A stretch of 64,000 bases of DNA from Macrostomum lignano (taxonomy: Eukaryota): assembly GCA_002269645.1 (NCBI GenBank), contig NIVC01000411.1, positions 124,001 through 188,000 of the forward strand, given 5' to 3'. This document shows, piece by piece, positions 1 to 31,800 of this stretch (positions are counted from its first letter, which is position 1; every line of letters begins with the position of its first letter). A program made the position numbers and the translations under genes. The notes under the pieces were generated by a model. It ran no database searches. It saw nothing but the letters and a program-made list of their open reading frames with translations, and was not told where the DNA came from.

Positions 1-427
1 TGATGGTACGTAGTCTTTACAATTCAAAATTTAACAAAAGTACACAAAGTACTATCTTGATTGACAAGACAACAATGATCAAATAGTGTGGTAAACAATG
101 GTAAAATAATAGTACACACTTTCACCATTAATGAGTGTAAATTCTCGTCTATATGTTTTAAACCTCTGTGCTCAGTGCAGATGCAGTGCATGTAATACAT
201 TTTGCTTGTTAAACCTTAGAGATTAGTATGTAAAAGTACAGTTCAGATGTACTCAGTCCATTTCCGTGTCCAAACTGACTCTTTGCATTGCTCACAAGTC
301 TTCCTCATCTAATTCTACTCAAAGGAATCGGTGCTCGCCTCCTCCAGCTTCAGGTCCGGGCGCCTCGGCGGCGGCGACAGCAGCCTGCTCCGGCTGCGCC
401 AGTTCGTCCATTCGGAAGCCGTCGTTT

Positions 428-515
428 TCTTGACCTCCGTGACCTCCGTGACCTCCGTGACCTCCGTGACCTCCGTGACCTCCGTGACCTCCGTGACCTC
501 CGTGACCTCCGTGAC
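428..515. repeat. 9-bp tandem repeat (GACCTCCGT)n downstream of the IR stop codon
   Basis: Directly visible. Confidence 0.9.
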
Positions 516-589
516 CACCGTTGTTGATGCTGAGTCGGTTCGGTGACTTGTAACCGCCGCCTGCACTGGCGACACCGTCTGACGGATGC

Positions 590-18380
<17,791 letters not shown>

Positions 18381-20057
18381 CGCAGATTCTGCTTTCAGAA
18401 GAGACTGTTTGCAAAAGCAGCGAAGCCCAAAGAAGGCCTGCTGTGTTGGGGTTTTGTTCAAAAAGTTCTGATCCGAAATCCGAGTGCTCACGAAGGCTGT
18501 TTGCAGAGGCCCAGCCTGACAATGAGAGGAATTCGTTAGCAACCAAGAAAAACACAAAGTTTTCCCTGTTCACAGAAGAACGGAAGAATCTGCCGCAAAT
18601 AGCTGCCTCAGGCACGGATGGATTTTGAGTTCAAAATGCGCTTTTTTTGGCAGACTCGCTCGATTCAAGCTGCACCCTAGGCAGCCAATGGGAGCAAAAG
18701 CTTTCTGTGGTTTCAGCCTGACTAAGCTTAATCCCCTCTCCCAACTCCCATCCCCTCTCTCCCATTGCTTTCCCCAGCAAGCATTAACGGACTGAAAGCT
18801 TTTCTCCCTGCAACCCTGGCTCCCAATCCGTCTCTTCTCCCCTCCCCCCCACTCAGCTCAGCTCTCTGCAGTCTGCCGGTCCACTCAGCATCCAGTTCTC
18901 CCCATCTGAACTGCTCCAAGTGGAGCCTCCGAAGGCCTCCCGCCCTCCCGCCTCCCGAAAGCAGAAACCTGGTGATCGTTAAGACTGAGAGAGAGAGTGT
19001 AAGTAGGAGAAAAAACAGACAGCCACAAGGACTCAGACTTAAGTTCTAAGCTTTGCTAACGGGTGTGTAGGCCAGGTGAGCAGATGACCAACATCGGGCT
19101 AAATCACCCAGCCCAGAATCTGCAACTAGAAAAAGATACACGCCAGACGGATCTAATCTTCTATTTTTTCTGAAATAAAATCTTCCGGAAAACTCTCCTC
19201 TCTTCAACTATCCTCTCTGTAATGTACTTTTTTCTTGCAGACAGACAGACAGGCTGGCTGGTTGCCCAGAGTCCAGAATCGAGTCTGGACAAGATTAGTG
19301 TCATATGCACGCATTGACAGAAGCAACACAGTCAGTGAAAATTTTGCAAAGATTTTCTTTTTTTCTACAGAGCGCTAAATGGGGGGTTTTGCCAAAGGCG
19401 AATCTGGTCGAGAACGCACACACTGCAGAAACAGGAACAGCTGAAATTATACACCGGAACCTGATTTGCCTGGTAAACTTGCCAGTGCGACTCTGGGGTG
19501 ACAGATTGGAAATTTATTGCTGAAGAATGCTGATGATGTGCCGTGTCACAAGATACCCACACAGCCTCCTGGGATTATTTTTGTGTCACATTTATTTAAA
19601 TTTTTAATTTTTTATGCAGCTCATTAGTGCCTGAGGCTAAAAATAGCTTTATTCCCATGTGCTTTGCGTGCACCCTTAAGATTGCCAAATAAATTCCCCA
19701 ATTCAATAGCGTGAAAAAATGTGTGCCTCTTCCTAGAAATTGCATTTAATCAAAATTCTATTGAATTGATGGTTAGTCATTTAGCCAATTGCCGCATGAG
19801 CAGCATCGGAAAACACTGACTCACCTGCAGTTGGGTGTCTAATCTATCTCTATTAAATGACCTTATCTGCCAGTCGAGAATATCACGAGGTATCATTAAG
19901 TAAATTCCCATATTTCTCGCTCTAAACTGAAACAACTGCTACTCCAATTAGACTACTTGAAGTAGATTTGCTGTCGTTTTTTTTCTATTTTTAATAAAGT
20001 TTTTAAAGTACAAAAATTCTCTCATTGGGATCGGATGTATGGTGAGATTTTTTCCAA

Positions 20058-20550
20058 ATTTAGGTCAGGTGTCAGAAAGTGTCTAAATTTTGTGCTTCAC
20101 TAATTTAGGTCAGGTGTCAGGTGTCTAAGGTGACTGCTTCCATAATTTAGGTCAGGTGTCAGAATGTGTCTAAAGTGACTGCTTCCATAATTTAGGTCAG
20201 GTGTCAGGTGTCTAAGGTGACTGCTTCCATAATTTAGGTCAGGTGTCAGGTGTCTAAGGTGACTGCTTCCATAATTTAGGTCAGGTGTCAGGTGTCTAAG
20301 GTGACTGCTTCCATAATTTAGGTCAGGTGTCAGGTGTCTAAAGTGACTGCTTCCATAATTTAGGTCAGGTGTCAGGTGTCTAAAGTGACTGCTTCCATAA
20401 TTTAGGTCAGGTGTCAGGTGTCTAAAGTGACTGCTTCCATAATTTAGGTCATGTGTCAAAATGTGTCTAAAGTGACTGCTTCCATAATTTAGGTCAGGTG
20501 TCAGGTCTAAAGCGACTACTGCTTTTCTAATTTAGGTCAGGTGTCAGGTT
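20058..20550. repeat. 42-bp minisatellite
   Basis: TAATTTAGGTCAGGTGTCAGGTGTCTAAGGTGACTGCTTCCA units. Confidence 0.9.
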
Positions 20551-20907
20551 ACTAAACTGTACCAAAATTCGCAGAGCACTACTAACAGTAACTAAAAAAG
20601 CGATTTCATCCATCCTAAGCTTCATCCTATATTCTCGCATACGCTGAGAGTGCGCTCAATGCTCAGTTTAAGTCTGTTTGCTCTACCCAACACCGCTATT
20701 GTGCTCACCGGCTTCAGGCTCAGCCGGCCGGCTCTCTAACCAACTCTCTAGCCAGACCGCTAGTGCCATTGTGCATCTGCGCGCTCAAAAATCTGCAACT
20801 CTGGGTGCCAAGAAAATCGTCTTCTTTAGAGCCTTCCCTTCGTCTGTGCCCCCCTCCTCACTCCGGCCTGTCCACTCTGCATGGTGGGGTGAGCACACTA
20901 GAGTCGG

Positions 20908-20922
20908 GTAGCCCCTAGCAAC
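20908..20922 (+). promoter_or_regulatory. Candidate RFX X-box
   Basis: GTAGCC-CCT-AGCAAC fits the consensus GTNRCC-N0-3-RGYAAC. It lies about 160 bp upstream of the SAXO-like ATG. Confidence 0.5.
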
Positions 20923-21078
20923 CAACCGCCTCTCCATCTCTCTCTTTCTCTGTATCTCTTTCTCAATCCTCGCCCTCCACTACAGAAGCTTTTGAAAAAA
21001 CAGTTTTTTTCGGACAAATCTGTCAGCTTTGATAAAAATATTTGAATAAATTTGTTTCGGAAAACCAGTCAGTCAGGC

Positions 21079-24000
21079 ATGCAGTCCGTTAAACTGCCTA
21101 CCATCAGTAGGTCGCAGGTTCGACCCGTGTGGCTGCCGGAGGGCGCCGATCAGCTGACGGAATTTCAGCCGCAGATGAGCTCGATATTCAGGCAGGACTT
21201 TGTGCGGCACAGCCTGCCGAAGATGCCCGACCTGCGCCCGAAGGTCAGCGCCTACGTCAGCAACCTGCCGTTCGCCGCCACCTCCGAGCAGCGGGCCGCC
21301 TTCCAGGGCGATCAGCCGCCCAGGCGGCGGGTTCGAGTTCGGCGAGGTCAGCTGGCCCTGTCCACCGAGGCCTTCAATAACAGCAGCATCTACAGCCAGG
21401 AGTTTGTGGCCAAGGAGAGAGGTGACTGCCTGACCCTGACACCTGTGTGGCTCCTGACCCTTGCTGACTAACCCTTGCTGACTGACCCTTGCTGACTGAC
21501 CCTTGGTATCTTACCCTTGGTATCTGACCCTTGCTGACTGACCCTTGTTAACTGACTGTTGCTGACTGACCCTTGCTGACTGACCCTTGTTATCTGACCC
21601 TTGCTGACTGACCCTTGTTATCTGACCCTTGCTGACTGACCCTTGTTAACTGACTGTTGCTGACTGACCCTTGCTGACTGACCCTTGTTAACTGACTTTT
21701 GCTGACTGACCCTTGCTGACTGACCCTTGTTAACTGACTGTTGCTGACTGACCCTTGCTGACTGACCCTTGCTGACTGACCCTTGGTATCTGACCCTTGC
21801 TGAATGACCCTTGCTGACTGACCCTTGGTATCTGACCCTTGCTGACTGACCCTTGGTATCTGACCCTTGCTGAATGACCCTTGCTGACTGACCCTTGGTA
21901 TCTGACCCTTGCTGAATGACCCTTGCTGACTGACCCTTGGTATCTGACCCTTGCTGACTGTCCCTTGGTATCTTACCCTTGGTATCTGACCCTTGCTGAA
22001 TGACCCTTGCTGACTGACCCTTGGTATCTGACCCTTGCTGACTGACCCTTGCTGACTGACCCTTGGTATCTGACCCTTGCTGACTGACTCTTGCTGACTG
22101 ACCCTTGCTGACTGACCCTTGCTGACTGACCCTTGGTATCTGACCCTTGCTGAATGACCCTTGCTGACTGACCCTTGCTGACTGACCCTTGCTGACTGAC
22201 CCTTGGTATCTGACCCTTGCTGACTGACCCTTGTTAACTGACTGTTGCTGACTGACCCTTGTTAACTGACTGTTGCTGACTGACCCTTGCTGACTGACCC
22301 TTGGTACATACCTAAGACATTGTACATGTACAGACACTTGGCAATCAATATCCCAGGGTCTCTAACTCTTAAGTCAACAATCAATATCAAGGGTCCCCAT
22401 CTCCATAATCAATATTCAGGGTCCCCAACTCTTTAATCAATAATCAATATCGAGGGTCTCCAACTCCATAATCAATATCCAGGGTCCCCAACTCCCTAAT
22501 CAATATCGAGGGTCCCCATCTTCCTAATCAATATCCAGGGTCCTTAACTCCCTAATCAATATCGAGGGTCCCCATCTTCCTAATCAATATTCAGGGTCCT
22601 TAACTCCCTAATCAATATCGAGGGTCCCTATCTCCATAATCAATATCCAGGGTCCATAACTCCTTAATCAATATCGAGGGTCCCTATCTCCATAATCAAT
22701 ATCCAGGGTCCTTAACTCCCTAATCAATATCGAGGGTCCCTATCTCCATACTCAATATTCAGGGTCCTTAACTCCCTAATCAATATCGAGAGTCCCTATC
22801 TCCATAATCAATATCCAGGGTCCCTAACTCCCTAATCAATATCGAGGGTCCCTATCTCCATAATCAATATCCAGGGTCCCTAACTCCCTAATCAATATCG
22901 AGGGTCCCTATCTCCATACTCAATATCCAGGGTCCCTAACTCCCTAATCAATATCGAGAGTCCCTATCTCCATACTCAATATTCAGGGTCCTTAACTCCC
23001 TAATTAATATCGAGGGTCCCTATCTCCATACTCAATATCGAGGGTCCCTATCCCCATAATCAATATCCAGGGTCCTCAACTCCGTCCCTCAGGCGTCACC
23101 GAGAACTACAAGCCGAAGACTGACGCCAGCCTGTCCCAGGAGCCGTTCCAGGCCAGCAGTGTGTACAAACTGGACTATCCAAGGCACGAGACCAACCCCA
23201 GCATGTCGGAGACGGTGGCGAAGCTGCAGCAGTCGCAGGCGGCCCGGCCTCAGCAGTACCAGTCCGCCGATCCGAAACTGCGCTGCCTGGACGGCACCAC
23301 AGACTATGGCGGCAATTTTCTCGACCCACAGGTTGGTCTGATGATCGATCGATTTTAAAATAAAAAATTCCTTGTCCCACTCGTTTGATGAAGCGTTAAA
23401 CTATAAGAACGTACATCTCACTTTGTAGAACAAGTTCTTGAAAATGAGAACATCGTCACAGGGCCAAAGTTTAAAATTTTTAATCATGATCATGATGAGC
23501 ATGTGGAGTATCACAATCATAATCAATCAGCGATTAGGCTGTTATTTCCCCCCCCCCAAACCCTCAGCCAATCAGCGATCAGGTTGTTGTATCTCTACCA
23601 AGTCATCAGCCAATCAGCGATCCGATTGTTATCTCCACCCCAAACCTGCAACCAATCAACGATCGGGTTGTTGTTATCTTCACCCAAACCTTCAACCAAT
23701 CAGCCATCGGTATTTTATTTTCATCCCCAACATTGTCCGATCCCCACTCCCAGGTGGCCGCCCGTCGCTTGATTCCGCCCGGCTACAAGCCGCCAACCGA
23801 GAAAATGTCTGGCGACACCTGCTACAGCAAGGTGTTTGTGCCGTTCGCCGGCGCCCAACCCGCGCCGATGTTCAAGCCGCAGACGGTGGCGTTCGCATCC
23901 GGCGCCCCGTTTGTTGGCCAGTCCGTCTACAAGGACGACTTCGTGCCGAAGCCGCTGAGAAAGTCGTCAGCAAACGTGCTGGAGAACCGGACGGGCATCA

Positions 24001-24092
24001 TGACGATGGCCAGGCAGGAGGAGCCCGGCATGCCCGGAGTGCCCATCGAATCGTTTCCGGAGAACATTTCAGGCGTGCTGTATCGCACCTGA
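21079..24092 (+). CDS. SAXO/FAM154-like (Mn-motif) axonemal microtubule-stabilising protein, 306 aa
   Basis: Exons 21079-21421, 23093-23331, 23754-24092 are phase-consistent. Repeated Mn-like motifs: MSSIFRQDF, FAATSEQRAAF, FNNSSIYSQEF, PFQASSVYKLDY, LDGTTDYGGNF, MSGDTCYSKVF, PFVGQSVYKDDF. Confidence 0.75.
21460..23085. repeat. Two adjacent minisatellites in SAXO intron 1: (TGACCCTTGCTGAC)n, then an AATCAATATCCAGGGTCCCT-family array
   Basis: Directly visible; the switch occurs at about 22310-22340. Confidence 0.9.
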
Positions 24093-24464
24093 GAGCACCT
24101 GAGAGAAAGTTGAAACTCATTTTACTCCTCGCTTCTGTGCTGCTGTTGTATCTGTCTAATTTACAGTAAGCTAGATGTTGCTCAACACTTCCTGAATAAT
24201 TTTAACAAATTCTATAAAAGGCCCATTCGAACTAGTTAGTAAGTTGGCGTTTTATTGTCCTAAAGTTAAAGAAAAAAAAAACATTTTCCTAAGCTATTTT
24301 TATATTCGCTTAAAATATAGTTAACTTTCGTGCGAGAATTTTTTATAGTTAGAGGCACTCGGCTTATCTGTATGTACGAGTATATTATCCGTTTAAAAGA
24401 TTTCAGTCTTTTTTACATGCTGTTTTAGCTAGCTGTGTCAGCTTGTGCATGAGGGCATTCAAGT

Positions 24465-24860
24465 CCGGAGAGGGGTTGGTGCCCATGCACAGTGAGAGCC
24501 TCAACTTCCGGAGAGGGGTTGGTGCCCATGCACAGTGAGAGCCTCAACTTCCGGAGTGGGGTTGGTGCCCATGCACAGTGAGAGCCTCAACTTCCGGAGT
24601 GGGGTTGGTGCCCATGCACAGTGAGAGCCTCAAATTCCGGAGTGGGGTTGGTGCCCTTGCACAGTGAGAGCCTCAAATTCCGGAGTGGGGTTGGTGCCCA
24701 TGCATAGTAAGAGTCTCAAAATGAGGAGTGGGGTTGGTGCCCATGCACAGTGAGAGCCCCAAAATCTGGAGTGGGGATGGTGCCCATGCACAGTGAGAGC
24801 CTCAAATCAGGAGTGGAGCTGGTGCCTGTACACGGTGAGAGCCCCAAAATCTGGAGTGGG
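24465..24860. repeat. 43-bp minisatellite between convergent genes
   Basis: CCGGAGTGGGGTTGGTGCCCATGCACAGTGAGAGCCTCAACTT units. Confidence 0.9.
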
Positions 24861-25215
24861 GTGAACGCTCATCCACAGGAAGGGTGGGAAATGGCAGTGA
24901 GTTGGCGTTTGGTATGAATGTATTTAACAGAGAATACGAGAAAAGTACACGTGAAGCGAAACAAATTATCGAACATTTTTGCACCAGGAAATGCGTCAAA
25001 TGTACAATTACACGTATCAGTATATGGATGACTTCTTTATTTCAAAACCATGTGGCCAGCTGGTGAATTTCGAAAGCGATAGAAATAAAATAAACAGCAG
25101 CAGAAGTGCTCAGTAGAAAAGGAGAAGGCACACAATTCGGCAAGCATATTCAGGATTGCCTTCTGGAAGGGTCTCAGGCTTTACTGATGAAGCCTGCATG
25201 AGCATTCGCGAGCTA

Positions 25216-28120
25216 TCAATCACCGTCTCCATCATAACCTCCATCATCTCTGTCGTCTTCGACCGGCTCTTCTTCTGGCTCTTCTTCAGCTTCGGCTTCC
25301 GGTTCTGCTTCTTCCGCTTCATCTTCAGCATCTTCTTCGGCTTCTTCTTCTGCTTCTTCTTCTTCTTCTTCTTCTTCTTCTTCTTCTTCTTCTTCTTCTT
25401 CTTCTTCTTCGACATCCTCGCCGTCTTCTTCAATGTCTTCTTCATCGCCTTCCAAGTCTTCTGCTTCTTCTTCAGATTCGAAATCCTCTTGAAACTCGGC
25501 TGCCTCATCGATGCCAGCTTCTTCAGCAGCCGCCGTCGCATCAGCGTCCAACTGCAATTGCTGGTCTCGTTCTTCTTCTAAAAGCAGACGCTCCAATTCT
25601 AACTGCTGTTGTTGCTGATGCAGCTGCTCCAGCTCCAGCTGCTGTTGCTGGGCCTGATCGGTTTCTGCCGCCACTTGGCTGCGGGTTCCATCGGATTGGC
25701 AGAGTTGGAAGAGTGCAATAACAGGGTGCCGTATGCGTCAGAGGATGTCAGGGGAGCCGTATGGGATGTCAGGGGAGCCGTATGGGATGTCAGGGGAGCC
25801 GTATGGGATGTCAGGGGAGCCGTATGGGATGTCAGGGGAGCCGTATGGGATGTCAGGGGAGCCGTATGGGATGTCAGGGGAGCCGTATGGGATGTCAGGG
25901 GAGCCGTATGGGATGTCAGGGGAGCCGTATGGGATGTCAGGGGAGCCGTATGGGATGTCAGGGGAGCCGTATGGGATGTCAGGGGAGCCGTATGGGATGT
26001 CAGGGGAGCCGTATGGGATGTCAGGGGAGCCGTACGGGATGTCAGGGGAGCCGTATGGGATGTCAGGGGGAGCCGTATGGGATGTCAGGGGAGCCGTATG
26101 GGATGTCAGGGGAGCCGTACGGGATGTCAGGGAGCCGTATGGGATGTCAGGGGAGCCGTATGGGATGTCAGGGGAGCCGTATGGGATGTCAGGGGAGCCG
26201 TACGGGATGTCAGGGGAGCCGTATGGGATGTCAGGGGAGCCGTATGGGATGTCAGGGGAGCCGTATGGGATGTCAGGGGAGCCGTATGGGATGTCAGGGG
26301 GAGCCGTATGAGATGTCAGGGGAGCCGTATGGGATGTCAGGGGAGCCGTATGGGATGTCAGGGGAGCCGTATGGGATGTCAGGGGAGCCGTATGGGATGT
26401 TAGGAGCGAAAATGGCACTCACAAATTAGAAACACAGTTCAGGTAGTAGTTTCATCACCCCGTGGACGAGGCAAAAAAGAAAGGAATAAAAAATTTCTAA
26501 AGCCAGCTCAGCGATTCCCCCCGTGAGCTTTCAATTCATAACAACTCGCCTTGAGACTAGTAAAATAGTTATAAGTAGTAGCATACAGTAAATATATCTA
26601 GAACCTTAGATGGAAAATTTCTAAATATTCGCTTACAAAGGACATAGGAAAAGTTAAAAGCAACCCTTTGTACAATCAAGAGCTTCCAGACTCACTCAGC
26701 TTCAGCAGCTGGGCCATTAGCTTCATCGTTTGCTTCCAAAGCCAGGAGATCGTCGGCACTTTCAACAGCCTCCGCCGTTGGCTGCTCCGAGATTGCCGCC
26801 GTTTCGTCTGCGATGTCCGCCCCGGAGGCTGCAGCTGTGGCGGCCGCGATGGAGGCGGCGGCAGCTGCGGCCGCGGCGTCTGTGGCTGCGGCCGTGTTTG
26901 CCGCGTCCCTAGCAACCAGCTCGGCTCGCCTCGCGGCCTCCTCGGCCTCCTCTTTGAGTCGGGCGTCGCGTAACGCCTGGGCGGCCAGCATCTCGTCAGT
27001 GTAGCCGGCGTCCATCAGCCGCTCCATGCCGCCGATGTTTTTGAAGTCCACCTGTTGAATGTGATCATTATTTGATTATGAAATGATATGCTCAGGAACC
27101 ACTCTTTGAATCGCCCATAAACCATTCTTAGAATCGCCCATAAACCATTCTTAGAACCGCCCATAAACCACTCTTAGAATCGGCCATAAACCATTCTTAG
27201 AATCGGCCATAAACCATTCTTAGAATCGGCCATAAACCACTCTTAGAATCGCCCATAAACCATTCTTAGAATCGGCCATAAACCACTCTTAGAATCGCCC
27301 ATAAACCATTCTTAGAATCGGCCATAAACCACTCTTAGTATCGCCCATAAACCATTCTTAGAATCGCCCATAAACCACTCTTAGAATCGCGCACAAACCC
27401 ACAGAATGCGATTTCATGTCCTGTTTATAACAAAAGATGAAGCAAGGAACCATTGCTACATTTAGCTAACACGTTGTTGACAAAGCGGCAAACCTTCAGG
27501 CTGCCTAGTTGCAACAGAGCGTTCAGCTCAGCCTGATTCTTCCCCTGAGGCAGGTGTGGCGTCTCTCCGCCTGCCGAAGGCGCCGCAGGTTTCATTAGAG
27601 GCGAGGCTTTGCGTGTTTTTGTTGCTGCTTTTTTGGCTGCTGCTGCTGCTGCTGCTGCTGCTAGTGGCTGTTTTTTTGCCGCCGCAGTCGAAGGATTAGT
27701 TGAAGCAATCATTTCTGCATCTGACTGTCGTTGCTGATCGACGAAAGTCTCCGGCAGGCTGTCGATGAGCTGCCAGAGTCCATCGTGCGTCTGTGGCATC
27801 GCTGCAATGTTGGCCTGAGTACCGAACTCGCCATCGTCAAGATCGAAGCTGTCAAGCTGAAACAGCACAGCGTGATTGTTCTCGCGTCCGTTGTGAAAGC
27901 ACAGTGATCGCGGATGATGATGGCTGTGGCGGTGCTGGTGATGAGGATGATGGTGGTGGTGATTCTGCCTACTGCCGGGCACGATGGCGTGCCGAAATCT
28001 CGCGGCTAGCACCTCGTCCGGGATGGTCATTCGCTCGCGATAGCTGCAGCGCGCCTTCTTCCGCTGCCGGCGTCTCTGCAGCAGTTGCAGTTCGTCGCGA
28101 ACCCCAATGCAATTGCCCAT
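25216..28120 (-). CDS. Uncharacterised 481-aa protein: MGNC start, His tract, Ala-rich linker, highly acidic poly-Glu tail
   Basis: Exons 28120-27494, 27051-26696, 25678-25216 are phase-consistent (1446 nt) with GT-AG junctions. A (TTC)n run near 25345-25410 encodes poly-E. No family recognised. Confidence 0.65.
25743..26402. repeat. 21-bp intronic minisatellite (GGGATGTCAGGGGAGCCGTAT)n
   Basis: Directly visible. Confidence 0.95.
27108..27390. repeat. 23-bp intronic minisatellite (GCCCATAAACCATTCTTAGAATC)n
   Basis: Directly visible. Confidence 0.9.
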
Positions 28121-28899
28121 GGCCTGTCGAATCCGTGATTTCTGCATGCACCGCCACGGTTTTTACCCCAATTTCCAGTCATTTTTTCTGCTGAAATATT
28201 GGGGCACGCTTTGGCAGAAACGCGTTTGCCTCGAACACCTAGTTTCTGCTTTGCATATCCGTACAAGGAGAGACAGCAGGCATTGCGCACAGCATGGCTC
28301 GGGTGGGTTGGCCGCTTGGCTCGTCCTTGGCTGAGGGAATTGCTTCGGAAGGCTTAGTAAGGGATGAGAGAGGGAGAGAAATCGACCAACCAGAACGGTT
28401 TACCTATGGAGGTCTCGCAGAAATTTGCACTGTGCAGCAAGCAGCTGGAAGCGATCTTAGCGATCACTGCAAAACTGCGGTGATTGCAGTGATCGTATTG
28501 ACCCTCTGCTAGCAACCAACTTTGCTACTGCTTTTCATGCACCTGGGGTTTTTACGATCTGCTCCGTAGCTTGTATTTTCATAATTTCATGCGACTACAT
28601 GTATGTATGTCTAGCCAGCCATGGGACTGAAAATATAGTCAGAAGTTTTAACACCCAGCAGGCACCCAGCAGGCTCTGATCGAAAAGTCGCGGACAAAGT
28701 TATACACAGGGGGATAGTCATGTAAATTGCTGTCTTTACCGTACTTTATTTTAGAATCATCATACTATCCAACCTCATAGTGCTGCTTATTATACATGTA
28801 CATGTGCATGTAAATCTATGTAATTGTATAGAATCGTTTTAGTCTTTTTCATGCTTTAGTTTCCTTTCTCGTACTTGTACATGTACGACGTATAGAATG

Positions 28900-31800
28900 G
28901 AGAATAAAAAAGACGCATTGGGTTACAGAATCCTAGCGCGGACGCGTTCGCGAAACAGCTCAGAGGGGCAGAGAGCAGTGTCACTCGGGTCAGGTCAAGG
29001 TCACTGAGGTCGTTAGTCAGAGTCTGGATCAGCGTGGCAGCACGGCCTTGGCCACGTCGAAGCCGTTCTCGCGGTGGGTGAAGCAGCGCCATCGCGAGAG
29101 GGTTGGCTTCACCGCGACCGTGCCGACGCAGAACGTGGCCGGCGAGGGTTTGTCGCCGCCGTCGCAGGATAACGCTGAGAGGCGGAAGGCCGTTGCGCCG
29201 GTCGAGATCGCGGTTCGAGATGGTCACGGGGAATCGGATGCCGAGTGTGTAGCGGAGAAGCGCCCGGTAGATGCCGTTTAGCGCGTTTTCCCGGGTGGTG
29301 GTCACCGGTACGGCTTCCAGTCCGTAGAGCAGGATCGGTTCGACTGTGGCGCGGAAAGCTTGATCTTGAGGGCGTCAGGCGCTGCGGAGCTGAAGATAGG
29401 GCTGATCTTGACTGCAGCACGCCAGGCTTGTGCTTTCCGGTCCGTGATGATATCTTCAGGATTCAAGATTAGCACGCTCAGGTAGCGGAAGTCTTGGCAG
29501 GTTGAGATCGTTTCGCTGCTCGGCAGGCTCAGCTCGGGCGCGGTGCTGGTGCCGATGTGCATCACTTCGGTTTTTCTCCCGTTGACAATGAGGCCGACGC
29601 GCGAAGCTTCCAGGCAAAGTCTGTCCAGGGCGCGCTGAACCGCTAGCTCATCCCTGCACACTAGAGCGATGTCATCGGCGTAAGCTAAGGCGGCGAGGAT
29701 GATGGTGGGTTGCCGAGGGCCCCTCCTGGAGGCCAAGATGTAGCTGTCTTCTTCTCACAGGGATCGCCGTAGGACATAGTCGATCGCGAGAATGAAGAGA
29801 AGGGGGCCAGGGTGTCCCCCTGAAGCACTCCAGAGGTGGTCGGAAATTCTTTGGTTGGGCCGTCGGTAGTCTGGACGAAGGCGTTCGTGTCCACGTAGAG
29901 GTTCATGACGGCGCGGATGAGAGCGCCGGGGACGCCGTACTCGGAGTGGAGCCCGGTAATGGCCAGCCGGAAGATCGAATCGAAAGCTTTGCGAAAGTCT
30001 ACAAACGCAATCGAGACAGACATCTGACGTGTCTTGCAGGCTTCAACAATTGTGCGGATTGTCGCGATTTGCTCAATTGTCGATCAGCCGGGGCGGAAGC
30101 CGCTCTGAACACTGAGAAGCTGCGCGTCGAGTCCACGTAGCAGGCAATTGCGGATGATGGAGTTGAGTAGCTTTGGCAGTGCGGGTTCGAGTGCGATGCC
30201 ACGCTGGTTGTCTAAGCTGGTCGATGGTCCTTTTTGGGAATGGAGACAATCTTTGAAATCCGCCAAGGTGGTGGGCGGTGGCGTCTGGGTCTCCTCCTAG
30301 AGGACTGTACTTGTTCAGTAAGCCAGTGATCACCGGTATCAGCTCGGTTAACTTTAGGACACGGGGAGGCACACCGTCAGCGCCGGTGGCAGCGTCGGGT
30401 CGCATTGTGGCAAGCGCTTTGCGCACCTCTGCTTGAGTGATGGGTCCGCAGTCAAATATGTCATTGTTGGTGATATGGCTAAAATTCGGGACTAGCACAA
30501 GTTCAGTCTCAGGTTGTTGAGAACTTTGCGATAGTGATCAGCGAGAATCGATTTGTGGTGGTCTATCGATTCGGCTCCCACGGGGGCGGAGGGGCGAGGT
30601 TTTCTGCCAGTTAGTCAGTTTATAGCTCTCCAGGCTGCAGCGTGCTTGCAGTTTGCAGTTGCAGTTTCAATTTCTGTGACGGCTACGGAGACGTGGGCCT
30701 GGATCCTCTCGGCATAGACGCGTTGCAGCTCTTCGCGGCTGATGGTGGCTTCGTCACTGTCCTGCCCCTGCGTGGCTTTGGCACTCTGAACTCTTTGTCT
30801 GGCCTTGTGTCTGGCTTGTGCGATCCCCGGATACGAATCCCATACAGCTTTGGGCTGGTTCGGTTTGCGCCTGGGGAGCAGATTGGCTGCAGCTGATTCA
30901 ACAGCGGCCGTAAAGGCGCTATCGGACTCACCAGGGCTAGGTTCAGCAGAGAGCAGCTTGCGCAGAAATATCTCGCGGGGGTCGCGGGTGTCGGGGTTGC
31001 GAAGGTCGGCCCAGAGCGGGTAGGGCTTGGGCTTCTTGAATTTCATCCAGCTTAGGTCGACATTGCAGGCCAGCATACTGTGGTCGGACTGAACGCAGCT
31101 GGGGCGGATGTTGACAACTCGTGGCATTCTGTTCTTGTTGGGATAGCGACGTTTGCCTGAGGGACGTTTGCCAGCCGACGTTTGCCAGCCGACGTTTGCC
31201 AGCCGACGTTTGCCAGCCGACGTTTGCCTGCGGGACGTTTGCCAGCCGACGTTTGCCTGCGGGACGTTTGCCAGCCGACGTTTGCCAGCCGACGTTTGCC
31301 TGCCCGACGTTTGCCTGCGGGACGTTTGCCAGCCGACATTTGCCTGCCGACATTTGCCAGCCGACGTTTGCCAGCCGACGTTTGCCTGCGAGACGTTTGC
31401 CAGCCGAAGTTTGCCAGCCGACGTTTGCCTGCTGGAAGTTTGCCGGAAAAAATGTTCTAGCCAATATAAAGCCAGTCAGTGAAAAATTTGATACTGAAAT
31501 ATTCGCAGTTTAGCGGTTTGACAAAAACCGTTTTTACTCAAACTTTTTAAGGGTTTGCATATATACAAGTTCGAAAGCAAAATCTATATAAATTATGCAG
31601 TTCATCAGTCTAACGTCTAATATCTAGTTTAACAACGATTTTGGCACAACATATCAAAAGATGAACAATGGGTTTGCCTCGTATGAAAGCAATAACAATT
31701 GTTGTGCTGAAAAGATGAAAACTTCCTATCTCCCTATGGCCTTCAAAACATTTTCCATAGACTTCGACTGCTGCGCGTCCTTCTACTTTAGTAGTCCTTG

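Noticed and set aside
25110-25581. Poly-Lys (minus) and poly-Phe (plus) ORFs
   Set aside because: Alternative frames of the (GAA)n run. The acidic frame is the one that splices in phase.
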